IMG/VR virus record: IMGVR_UViG_3300046788_000224
Location: 1-27,491 of that record
DNA length: 27,491 nucleotides
From: a virus
Lineage: Duplodnaviria > Caudoviricetes
Reading direction: 5' to 3' (one strand)
Below the pieces are notes generated by a model. It saw only the letters and a list, made by a program, of their open reading frames with translations, was not told the DNA's origin and searched no databases. Positions 7,838-15,689 of the stretch are shown here, in pieces. A program made the translations under genes and the position numbers. The stretch's first letter is position 1. Each line of letters begins with the position of its first letter.

Positions 7838-8058
7838 CACCGCCTCCCTTTTTCCGCTGCCCGCCGCTCCCTGGCCGCCTGCGCCCGTTCCAGCACCGCC
7901 TTGGCCGCCGCCTTGTAGGCGTCCGGCTAGGCGCGCAGCGCCTCGTCCCAGCCGACGTCGCAGGCGGACGCCAGGTTGATGATCACATCGACCGACCCCT
8001 TGGCGTGCGCCGCCAGCGCCTCGTTCAGCTGCTCTATCGCGGGCGTTCTTGCTGGCAT
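7837..8058 (-). pseudogene. 73-codon gene with one in-frame TAG at 7929-7927 (nonsense mutation or read-through)
   Basis: GGGGAGGAGG RBS, ATG 8058; MPARTPAIEQLNEALAAHAKGSVDVIINLASACDVGWDEALRA*PDAYKAAAKAVLERAQAARERRAAEKGRR; final TGA overlaps next ATG (TGATG). Confidence 0.55.
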
Positions 8059-8415
8059 TCTGTTGCCCTCCTCCCCGAACCCCTGATTGGCCGCAGACCG
8101 TCTCCCCCTGCCCCGACCCGAGCCGTTCGGGGTGATTTATCCCGTCAGCCAGTGGCAAAATCGCCAGCGGTGCGGGTGTGGTGGCGCGCTGGCGAGAGGG
8201 GGCGGCGGACCGGCCGGCCGGGGGGGGTCGCCGCGCCTGATTTGAAGCATTGAAGCACGTCAACGCCTCCTGCTCGGCCGGGAACCGCGCCGATCGTCCG
8301 ATTAGGGTCTGAAACGTGCCTCGAGACGCCGAATCAGTGCCCGCAAACCGGCCTGCGACCGTGCTCGAGACGGGACAATGAGACGTCCGACTGGGGCTTG
8401 CCCTATTCGGACGGA

Positions 8416-8607
8416 TCACGGCGCCCTCCGCGACCGCTCGATGACGTCAGGACGCTTCAACCATTCATCGAACTGCTTCGGCGACAGCATGAACCACGCC
8501 AGGTCGCGGATTGCTTGCCATGGCGTGTCCTCCCACCAGATCTCCCGCCAAGCCCCGGGACGCGCTCGACCATATTGGGTACTTTTCTGGGTAGTTCCGC
8601 GGCTCAT
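8416..8607 (-). CDS. Hypothetical Trp-rich protein (63 aa)
   Basis: ATG start and protein-like composition; weak RBS. Confidence 0.45.
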   Translation of the reverse strand: MSRGTTQKSTQYGRARPGAWREIWWEDTPWQAIRDLAWFMLSPKQFDEWLKRPDVIERSRRAP

Positions 8608-8861
8608 AGGTCAAAACCCCAGCATTTCCGCGGGTTTCCCGCGGTTCGCCGCTAGATATGATAGCTGCCCACCACCCCCTAACCCCTTTTCTCGAGGAGA
8701 TTGATCGGCGGCTACGCGGCCGAGATCATTATCTGGCGACAACGATCTCGGCCGCGAGCCGGCCGCGCGCGTCTGGCAGGCGTCGCACAGCGAGGCTGTG
8801 CGCCTGTTCTGAGGCGTTCTTCCCCTCGATTCGGTGCAGCTCGAGGCCCTCGGCCAGGCCT

Positions 8862-9175
8862 CCGATCGGCTAAGCCTTTGATATGTTTGATCGTTGCCGT
8901 GCCGTGCTAATCCAAACGACACATAAACCGACACGTCACGAGTGCGCGCCAACGCACTGATATATATATCCTTCTTTTCGACTGTAGTCGTTGTATACGT
9001 TGTAACGCTCATTGCTCCGTCACGCGCGCGCGTAGGTGCGCGCACACGAGCCTCTCGAGCGTTACAATGACTACAACGACTACAAGAACGATAACCCTAG
9101 CCCATATCAAAGGCTTAGCATCGGTCGTTGCTGTAGCGGTGATGTAACGTCGCGTGACCGAAACGCTACAGCCGC
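8862..9175. other. Candidate replication origin: nested inverted repeats, 9-bp TGTA iterons, two IHF consensus sites
   Basis: 17-bp perfect IR 8869-8885/9103-9119 containing TATCAAAGGCTTA (WATCAANNNNTTR); 28-bp IR 8983-9010/9057-9084 (25/28); 8-bp IR 9131-9138/9164-9171; immediately downstream of the helicase gene. Confidence 0.6.
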
Positions 9176-9228
9176 TTGCTACTACCCGTAATGGGTCAGG
9201 GAACACTGCTCCCATGGCGCACATACGG

Positions 9229-11040
9229 TCAACCATCGCCCTGCGCCGCCGCGCGCTGCTGCCACAGCACGACCTCTGCCTCGGGATCCGGCCCGACGAC
9301 GCCGCGCAGCACCCAGCCCAGCTTCAACTCGACCGCACGGCCGACGCCACTGGCAAACCGCACCGGCGCCCGCGTCCTCGCCTCCGGCGCACGCAGCAGC
9401 AGCTTGGCCCATGGGGAAGACCGGCCCGGCAGCCCGGCCCAGAACGTGCCGCGCAGCATGTTGGCCAGCTCGGTCGACTGGTAGGCGAACAGGAAGGTTC
9501 TTTCCCCGTCCTGGTCTTTGTCGATGCGGATGCCGAGCCGTGACAGCTGGCGCTGCGCGTCGATCGCCTGGTCATCGGTAGCGGCGTAGCGCATCGCGTC
9601 GGACTCGACGCGCCGTTCGGCCTCAGGCGTCGCGCCGTAGCCAGCGGCCAGCTTGACCAGCTCGAGCAGCGTCCTCCACTCACCCTTGCGCATCGGGTCG
9701 ACCGACATCCCGAGCAGATAGCTCATGAACCGGTCGAAGCTTTTTGCCCGTTCGGCGCGATCCTCGCGCAGCAGGTTGTGCAGCTGGTCGGCGATCACGT
9801 CTGCATCCGATTGGGTCGGGGCGGCGTCCTCCCGCATGATCCAGGCAATCGCCAGCAGCGTGCCGAGCGTATCCACCCCACGCCCGTCATAGCCGACGCC
9901 ACGCAGGAAACCGTTCCACGCCGGCAGCGTCTCGAGCTGCAGCTGCTTCCACCGGTCAGCCAGGCGGCGCAGCAGCATCGTGCCCATCACCTCACGCCTG
10001 GCATCGTAGGCCAGCCTCAGACCACGCTGGGCGGGCGGCCCGAGCACGGTGATGCAGATATTGCGCGAGCGGTCGGCGCTCTCCATGGACGGCTCACGCG
10101 TCGCTGCGGCGATCACCGGACAGCGCAGGGAAAACGACACACCGGTATGATCCTGGCCGCCGCGGAACGACGTGCCGCCGGTATAGGTCGAGCGCAGGAA
10201 CGCCATCAATCGCGCGTCGCTGCGCGGATCGTCGCCAGCTTCCTTTTCGTCCAGCCCGATCATCAGGTTGGACAGACCGACATACTGGGTAATGCCGGCC
10301 ACCGTCGCGTCCGGCGTCAGCAGCATGCGCCGCCCGAGATAATCCTTCTCGCGCTGTAACAGCCCGCTCTTGCCGACGCCGTGCTCGCCAAGCAGCAAAA
10401 TATTCGGCCGGGTTTCCATCGCGCCGCCAATCAGGCCCAGCCCTACGTGACCTAGCAGCAGCTGCGCGTCGATGTAGCGCCCGAGCTGCCACTGCGCGAA
10501 ATCGGCCAAGACCTCGCGACCGATCTCTGGACCGACCGGCTCACTGTGCGGCGGCATCCAGCTCGGCATGCGCGGATAAGCATGGGCGCCTCGCATACCG
10601 GTCGCACAGCTAGCGCCACGGATCCACAGCTTGTCGCCGCAATGGAGGATTAAATCGCTGTCGGCGCCGAGCCAGGCGCCCTGCATCCGCACCGAATCCG
10701 CCGGATTGAACGAGCCTTTCAAGCCCGCGAGCAGCGCCACGTCCTGGCCGAGATGTTCCGGCTGCAGCGAGCGCGGTATGCGCTCGAGATCTTTGCCGAC
10801 CTTGCGCCAGCGCGCGTAGTGGTAGAACGCCCAGTCCTGCTGCTCGGCGCCACAGATGCCGAGCATCAGCATATGCCCGGCGCGATCGCGCGGCAGCGTG
10901 CGGAACAACCCGTCGCCATCGATCAGATAGAAATGCTCAGCGTCTAATCCGAGACACTGAAACGGGATCTCAGGCGGCAGATCTCGTAGCTGCCGATCGC
11001 GCTCGCGCTCGATGCCGGCTCCGCTGCGTTTTCTCGCCAT
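9229..11040 (-). CDS. Primase-associated P-loop NTPase/helicase (SF3/AAA+-like)
   Basis: Walker A GEHGVGKS, Walker B MIGLDEKE, AD.SR Arg-finger-like motif; downstream of primase; start at ATG 11040 with GGGGA RBS. Confidence 0.75.
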   Translation of the reverse strand: MARKRSGAGIERERDRQLRDLPPEIPFQCLGLDAEHFYLIDGDGLFRTLPRDRAGHMLMLGICGAEQQDWAFYHYARWRKVGKDLERIPRSLQPEHLGQDVALLAGLKGSFNPADSVRMQGAWLGADSDLILHCGDKLWIRGASCATGMRGAHAYPRMPSWMPPHSEPVGPEIGREVLADFAQWQLGRYIDAQLLLGHVGLGLIGGAMETRPNILLLGEHGVGKSGLLQREKDYLGRRMLLTPDATVAGITQYVGLSNLMIGLDEKEAGDDPRSDARLMAFLRSTYTGGTSFRGGQDHTGVSFSLRCPVIAAATREPSMESADRSRNICITVLGPPAQRGLRLAYDARREVMGTMLLRRLADRWKQLQLETLPAWNGFLRGVGYDGRGVDTLGTLLAIAWIMREDAAPTQSDADVIADQLHNLLREDRAERAKSFDRFMSYLLGMSVDPMRKGEWRTLLELVKLAAGYGATPEAERRVESDAMRYAATDDQAIDAQRQLSRLGIRIDKDQDGERTFLFAYQSTELANMLRGTFWAGLPGRSSPWAKLLLRAPEARTRAPVRFASGVGRAVELKLGWVLRGVVGPDPEAEVVLWQQRAAAQGDG

Positions 11041-11209
11041 CGGTCGTTTCCCCAGCAACTATTTTGCCCAGTGGCCAACACGCACCGCACCACGTCAGCA
11101 TTGGTTCATCGCGTTGCAGCACAAACAGATCGAGCACCCGCGGCGCCGCGACACCTGGCTTCACGGACACCACGTCGAGCGAGCCGCAGAGGCTGCAGGC
11201 GAGCGTCAT
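10970..11209 (-). CDS. Small Zn-ribbon protein (CSLC...CGAC)
   Basis: AAGGAG RBS; two CxxC pairs. Confidence 0.65.
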   Translation of the reverse strand: MTLACSLCGSLDVVSVKPGVAAPRVLDLFVLQRDEPMLTWCGACWPLGKIVAGETTDGEKTQRSRHRARARSAATRSAA

Positions 11210-11214
11210 GCCAA

Positions 11215-11475
11215 CTACTCCTTTGGTGGTAGTGGCGGCTTGCCGTTGCCATTACGGGCGGCAAGTAGTAACGCGAGGATGGCGGCAAGTGCTTCAGCCC
11301 ACACTTCGCGTATCTGTGCGCCGATGTTCTCGCACGCGCCGATCTTGTAGGCCCCAGAGATGATCAACCATGTGCAACCACCGACAGCGGTGATTGTCAT
11401 GAGTAGTTCCGTCACGACGACCGCCGTGAGCAGCCAGAACGCAGCACGCAACATGCTGAACGGCGGTCGTGGCAT
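11215..11475 (-). CDS. Small membrane protein (86 aa, two hydrophobic segments)
   Basis: Hydrophobic stretches AAFWLLTAVVVTELLMTITAVGG and ALAAILALLLA. Confidence 0.65.
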   Translation of the reverse strand: MPRPPFSMLRAAFWLLTAVVVTELLMTITAVGGCTWLIISGAYKIGACENIGAQIREVWAEALAAILALLLAARNGNGKPPLPPKE

Positions 11476-11538
11476 TCACGTCGCAAGCTCGATCATGGTC
11501 AGATTTCTCCATTTCGAGGTGGCACACACGGCACGGCG

Positions 11539-11778
11539 TTAGCGCATTCGCGGCATCCCGATGCCGACGCAGACCAACAAGTCGTAACAAAACCATATCA
11601 CGAAGATAATGACTATCGCGGCGACGATGATGCGGATGATGCGCATGGCAATATCGCCGGCCCATCCCAGCCAACCGAGCACAACCGGCAACAGGATCAT
11701 CAATATCGCGACGACGGCGCAGACAATCACCAGCCACACCAGTGTCTGCACGAGCCACAAGAGCGAGAAGCACATCAT
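11539..11778 (-). CDS. Very hydrophobic two-TM membrane protein (79 aa)
   Basis: TAAGGAGG RBS; two long hydrophobic helices separated by GDIAMRIIR. Confidence 0.75.
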   Translation of the reverse strand: MMCFSLLWLVQTLVWLVIVCAVVAILMILLPVVLGWLGWAGDIAMRIIRIIVAAIVIIFVIWFCYDLLVCVGIGMPRMR

Positions 11779-11785
11779 GGCCTCC

Positions 11786-11998
11786 TTATCGCGGTGATCC
11801 GTCTGGCTGGCGCGTGATAGCGATGTTGGCCCACATGGCGCAGTCGCGCAGCTGCCGCATCAGGTAAGTCTTGTCGGGGCCTTCAGGTATATGCACATCG
11901 ATGTGCGAGACAAAATCTCTGAAAAGAGCGCGCACGTAGGCCATGCTGACTATCTGCTCATCAGTCGGCTTCAGATACTCGAAAGTCGATGGATGCAT
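11786..11998 (-). CDS. Acb2/Tad1-like helical hairpin protein (70 aa), putative nucleotide-signal sponge
   Basis: F.Y..PT.EQ...M..VR..F......I...IP.G..K......L....MWAN.AI.R pattern; TGATG overlap with primase stop. Confidence 0.65.
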   Translation of the reverse strand: MHPSTFEYLKPTDEQIVSMAYVRALFRDFVSHIDVHIPEGPDKTYLMRQLRDCAMWANIAITRQPDGSPR

Positions 11999-13107
11999 CA
12001 CACGGCCCCCCAAAACTCATGCGCCACGTAATCGGCAAAGTCTTTGACGCCAGGCGGCGTTTTCAGCCAGTCGACGTCGCGCCCCTCGCTCTTGAACCGC
12101 TTCACGGCGCGATCGCGCGTGCGTCGCACCGTCTCGTTCTCACCGTCGCGATCGAACGCCAGGAACACCGTCGTGATGCCGCGCGGCAGCGTCAGCTCAG
12201 GCAGGTTAGCGACACCGAGACATGCCACCACGCGCGGCGCGACCTTGATCAGCTCCGCGGCGGCAAGCGACGCCGCGAGCGCGTTCTCGATGCCTTCGGC
12301 GATCAATATCGTGTCGCCCTCGGGCGCCTCGTGCAGCGGTTTGCCAGAGCGGCCACGCAGTAGCGGCACCACACCACCAGTGAACATACCGCGGGTTTTC
12401 TTCACCGGGTCGACCGCTGCCTTGCGCCAGACGCCGTCGTCGCATGGCCGCAGGAAGGTGATCTGCGTGCCGATCTGCTGGAATTTTTCCGCCGAGATCA
12501 CCGCCGCCAGCATCGCCGGTAGCAGCTCGCCATCCTCGAAATATACGTCCGGCATGAACCGCAGCGCGTTCAGCTCGCCGGCCAGGTCGGCGACGTCGAT
12601 GCCACGGCCGCGCAGATAGCTGATAATTTCCGGCGACGTGCTGCCGCTGCCGCTGCCCTCGAGGAAGAGCGCCTTGGCGGATTTCTGCTTGCCTGCGCGA
12701 ACCTCATCGGCGTGCTGCGCCTGGCGCTCGAGCGCCTCGACGGTCAGCCGCTGCAGCTGCTCGACGCGGCCCGGGTCGTCGGCCAGCATGACATCGATGC
12801 CGAGCCAGCGCGCGCCCCAGCGGATGCTTTCGCGGCGCCCGACCTCGTCGGGAAACAGCGAAAAATGCACCAGCTCGAGCGCGTCGCCCTTTTCGCGATC
12901 GTCACCCCAATTCGCCCACACGCCGCGCTTGCCACCGCGCAGTGCCATCGAATGAACCGCGCCACCGCGACCATGCCAGCGCAGCTCCGCGCCGTGTGGC
13001 CTGGCATCAGGGAACAGCTCGCGGACCAGATCCTCGCAGCGCTGCGCCAGCTGTGCCGCGATGATCGGCGCTGGCACGCGCGGTGGGGCGGTGGGCCTCC
13101 CACTCAT
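11998..13107 (-). CDS. Toprim-domain DNA primase (alphaproteobacterial phage/plasmid type)
   Basis: YLRGRGI, LRF.P, PAMLA, Q.TFL, KK.RG, IAEGIENAL (Toprim Glu), AFDRD (DxD), KDFAD. Confidence 0.88.
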   Translation of the reverse strand: MSGRPTAPPRVPAPIIAAQLAQRCEDLVRELFPDARPHGAELRWHGRGGAVHSMALRGGKRGVWANWGDDREKGDALELVHFSLFPDEVGRRESIRWGARWLGIDVMLADDPGRVEQLQRLTVEALERQAQHADEVRAGKQKSAKALFLEGSGSGSTSPEIISYLRGRGIDVADLAGELNALRFMPDVYFEDGELLPAMLAAVISAEKFQQIGTQITFLRPCDDGVWRKAAVDPVKKTRGMFTGGVVPLLRGRSGKPLHEAPEGDTILIAEGIENALAASLAAAELIKVAPRVVACLGVANLPELTLPRGITTVFLAFDRDGENETVRRTRDRAVKRFKSEGRDVDWLKTPPGVKDFADYVAHEFWGAV

Positions 13108-13376
13108 GCGGCTGCGTCCGCGTCGACCTCGGGCCGGTAGCGCAGCTGCACGTCGGGATCCCAGCCGGGCGGGCGCCAGTAGAGGCCTTCGCGTTCGGTG
13201 ATCATCAGGAAGCTCGCGTGGTAGCGCGCCGGGATGGCGTTCTGAGCGATCCAGTTGCAGACCGCCTGCGGCGTGATGTCGAACGCGGCGCTGACGGCAT
13301 TGAGGCCGCCGAGCGCCTCGACCAGCGCCTTGACGGAGCCTGGAACAGGACGACGCGACCGGCCGATCCGTGGCAT
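13104..13376 (-). CDS. cro: Cro-like HTH antirepressor
   Basis: LVEALGG..AV...F.IT.QAV.NW...AIP pattern; GGGGAG RBS before ATG 13376; divergent from cI-like gene. Confidence 0.75.
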   Translation of the reverse strand: MPRIGRSRRPVPGSVKALVEALGGLNAVSAAFDITPQAVCNWIAQNAIPARYHASFLMITEREGLYWRPPGWDPDVQLRYRPEVDADAAA

Positions 13377-13519
13377 GTTTCTCCCCGCGCGACAGTTCGA
13401 TGACATGCTGGCAGTGCTTCAGGCAGGCGCAAGCCGGGCTCGGCGCGAAACCAGGCTGAGCGAAAACGAACCGAAAAAGACCGAAACGGCGGTTGCGAAT
13501 CAGGCCATTTCGCGCCGTT

Positions 13520-13532
13520 TCAGCTCAGCTGA
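13520..13532. promoter_or_regulatory. Putative operator TCAG-N5-CTGA between cro and cI
   Basis: TCAGCTCAGCTGA; same motif recurs at 13966, 14510 and 14549. Confidence 0.55.
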
Positions 13533-13570
13533 CTTGTCCACCGTTTTTATCTCACGAAATCGCGAGGACC

Positions 13571-13909
13571 ATGGCAAGAAAACGTGGCGCCGGATCGGCC
13601 ACTGGCAGGGGACCGTCCCCCAATAACTTTGTCCGCGAGGTCGGCGCCAGGCTGCGCCTGGTGCGTTTGGCCATTGGCCTGCCGGCGTCCCGCCTGGCGG
13701 CGGAACTCGGCATTTTTCCCCCGCGCTGGTCGCAATGGGAGAACGGCCGCCACCTCGCCGATCTGCGCGCCATGGTCAGGCTGTGCCGGCGGTATGGGGT
13801 GACGCTGGATTATCTCTATCGCGGCGAGGAAAGCGGGCTGCCGAAAAAGCTGTTCGATGCGATCCGCGACGCTGGCCACGGACGATCCATACCAAACACA
13901 AAACCGTGA
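13571..13909 (+). CDS. cI: CI-like XRE-family HTH repressor (112 aa, no peptidase domain)
   Basis: VGARLRLVR...GL....LA..LGI....WSQWENG......LC..YGVTLDYLY.G; GAGGA RBS before ATG 13571. Confidence 0.85.
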   Translation: MARKRGAGSATGRGPSPNNFVREVGARLRLVRLAIGLPASRLAAELGIFPPRWSQWENGRHLADLRAMVRLCRRYGVTLDYLYRGEESGLPKKLFDAIRDAGHGRSIPNTKP

Positions 13910-13965
13910 GCATGCTGCGCCGCAGCGGTTGCGCCAGCCTGAATATTTTTCCCCCTACTTGCCCT

Positions 13966-14075
13966 TCAGCAATCTTGACACGTTTCCCCCGGTTGCCGCT
14001 ATGCTGCCCGCTCAACCTGAGATGTATCAGTTCAGCACAGATTAGCTGAACAGGATGTGTCAGCAAGGTTTCTGA
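13966..14075 (+). promoter_or_regulatory. Putative promoter of the xis-like gene with overlapping operator sites
   Basis: TTGACA at 13975-13980 overlapped by TCAG-CAATC-TTGA (13966-13978); near-matches at 14037-14049 and 14063-14075. Confidence 0.5.
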
Positions 14076-14094
14076 CGGTAAGGAAATCCACACG

Positions 14095-14499
14095 ATGGCA
14101 TCGTTTTCACGCGCCCAGAACGCGCGGCCGAACGGGCTTGTGCCTGGTTCCCGCCGCGCCGATACGCTCGCCGCAATCGAGACCATCCATTTGAAACCCT
14201 CCGAGCTGCAGACGCTGTTTCACTGCAGCCGGAGCATCGCCGGCAAGTTGACGGCACGGCCGGATTTTCCCGCCCCGGTCGACCTGACCGGCGACGGCAA
14301 GAATTTGCGCTATGCGCTCGATGAGATCCTGCTGTGGCGCAACAATCACCGTCGGGAGGTCCGTATGCTGAAGCAGCCTCCCCGGTCGGCGCGGCCGATC
14401 GCGCCGCCGCCGTCGCCGTCCGCGGAGGCGGCGGTGCGGGCCGGGCTGGCGGCGCTGCGCGGGGAGACCGGGAAAAAGGATCCCACGGGGTTTCGTTAA
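14095..14499 (+). CDS. Excisionase/AlpA-like DNA-binding protein
   Basis: LKPSEL..LF.CSRS...KL...PDFPAPV.L......RY..DEI..W pattern; directly upstream of integrase. Confidence 0.7.
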   Translation: MASFSRAQNARPNGLVPGSRRADTLAAIETIHLKPSELQTLFHCSRSIAGKLTARPDFPAPVDLTGDGKNLRYALDEILLWRNNHRREVRMLKQPPRSARPIAPPPSPSAEAAVRAGLAALRGETGKKDPTGFR

Positions 14500-14509
14500 C
14501 CGACCGTGC

Positions 14510-14563
14510 TCAAAAAACTTGACAACGCGGGGAAAAAGTCCCGCAGGTTCAGGTTGGCTGAAC
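14510..14563 (+). promoter_or_regulatory. Putative integrase promoter with two operator sites
   Basis: TTGACA 14519-14524 overlapped by TCAA-AAAAC-TTGA (14510-14522); GTTCAG-GTTGG-CTGAAC at 14547-14563. Confidence 0.55.
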
Positions 14564-14579
14564 TTTGGGGGCAGAAATC

Positions 14580-15689
14580 ATGCCGCGCACCCGCCTGACC
14601 GAATGGAAAACCGTCCGCCACAAACGCGCCGACGGGACGGCGACCACCTACCACTACGACCGGGCAACCGGCGCCAGGATGGAGGGCGAGCCGCCGCCGA
14701 TACCTATGGGCGCAAAAACGAGACGACGCAGAACACCCATACCTGATGCGCTGGCGTTCCAGCGCGTGGCGATCGACCCCGTGGACCCTGGTGACGCGAC
14801 GCTGGGCGCGCTGGTGCGCGCCTGGCGCTACTCGAGCCATTTCGCCGATCTCTCGCCCAAGACGCAGGCGAACTATAATTGCGTGTCACGCCACCGCGCC
14901 GTGGCCCCGCTGCTCGCAGTGCCATGCCGGGCGGTGACACCACGGTCCTTGCGCCTGCTGCGCGACGGCATCGCGGAAGACGGTCGCGCCCGGCGCGGCA
15001 AGCCGACCAAGCGCATGGCCAACCTGGTGCTGAACGTGCTCGGCGCAGCGTTCGCCTGGGGCGTCGAGAACCTCGACCTCGAGGCCAACCCCGTGATGGG
15101 GCTCAAGAGATTGAAGCCGGACAGCGGCGGCCATCTGCCGTGGTCGGACGACGCCGTGCACGCGTGGCTCGAGCGCGCGCCCGAGTGGGCGCGCCGGGTG
15201 GTGCACCTCGGCCTGTGGACGGCGCTGCGTGCACAAGATCTGATTTCGCTGCGCTGGGACGCCTGGGACGGCACCGCCATCCATGTGACGCCGTCGAAAA
15301 CCAAAAAAAGCTCGGGCGTGGCGCTCTACATCCCGCTGTCGCCGGAGGCCAATGCGACGCTCGCCGCCTGGCGCGCCGCGCCGACCGTCGGCGTGACCAT
15401 TCTGACGCAGGCCAACGGCTCGCCATGGCGCGGCACCAACTACCTGGCCCTCGCTATGGCACGCCTTAGAGACACACTGGGGCTGACCGGGACGACGCAC
15501 GGGCTGCGCGTCACCGCCGCCACCAGGCTGGTCGAGGCGGGCGTCGCAGCCCGCGACGTCATGGCGCTGACCGGGCATACACAGGACGCGACGTTCGCCA
15601 AGTACATCCGCCACGCCGACCAGCGGCAGCGCGCCGAGCGTGCCGCGGCGGCATGGGCCAAAGTCACACCGCTGCGCCGCCACAGCTGA
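14580..15689 (+). CDS. int: Tyrosine recombinase/integrase
   Basis: Catalytic motifs TALR..D (R), SKT (K), HGLR (H..R), LTGH, AKY (Y); N-terminal arm-binding-like region. Confidence 0.93.
   Translation: MPRTRLTEWKTVRHKRADGTATTYHYDRATGARMEGEPPPIPMGAKTRRRRTPIPDALAFQRVAIDPVDPGDATLGALVRAWRYSSHFADLSPKTQANYNCVSRHRAVAPLLAVPCRAVTPRSLRLLRDGIAEDGRARRGKPTKRMANLVLNVLGAAFAWGVENLDLEANPVMGLKRLKPDSGGHLPWSDDAVHAWLERAPEWARRVVHLGLWTALRAQDLISLRWDAWDGTAIHVTPSKTKKSSGVALYIPLSPEANATLAAWRAAPTVGVTILTQANGSPWRGTNYLALAMARLRDTLGLTGTTHGLRVTAATRLVEAGVAARDVMALTGHTQDATFAKYIRHADQRQRAERAAAAWAKVTPLRRHS

Noticed and set aside
7838-8419. N-terminal extension of the 276-aa track ORF 7589..8419
   Set aside because: Composition is not protein-like; the strong RBS at ATG 7837 and a better gene in another frame (7837-8058) explain the region
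8611-9045. 144-aa minus-strand ORF (and 9009-9236) across the repeat region
   Set aside because: The Thr-rich translation just reflects the iteron repeats; no RBS or recognisable domain; better explained as a non-coding origin
8983-9084. CRISPR-like or transposon-end interpretation of the repeats
   Set aside because: No repeat-spacer periodicity, no cas or transposase gene, and no target-site duplication evident
11215-11778. Calling the two membrane proteins holins
   Set aside because: They lie in the early replication operon, far from the amidase; topology alone is insufficient, so they are left as unknown membrane proteins
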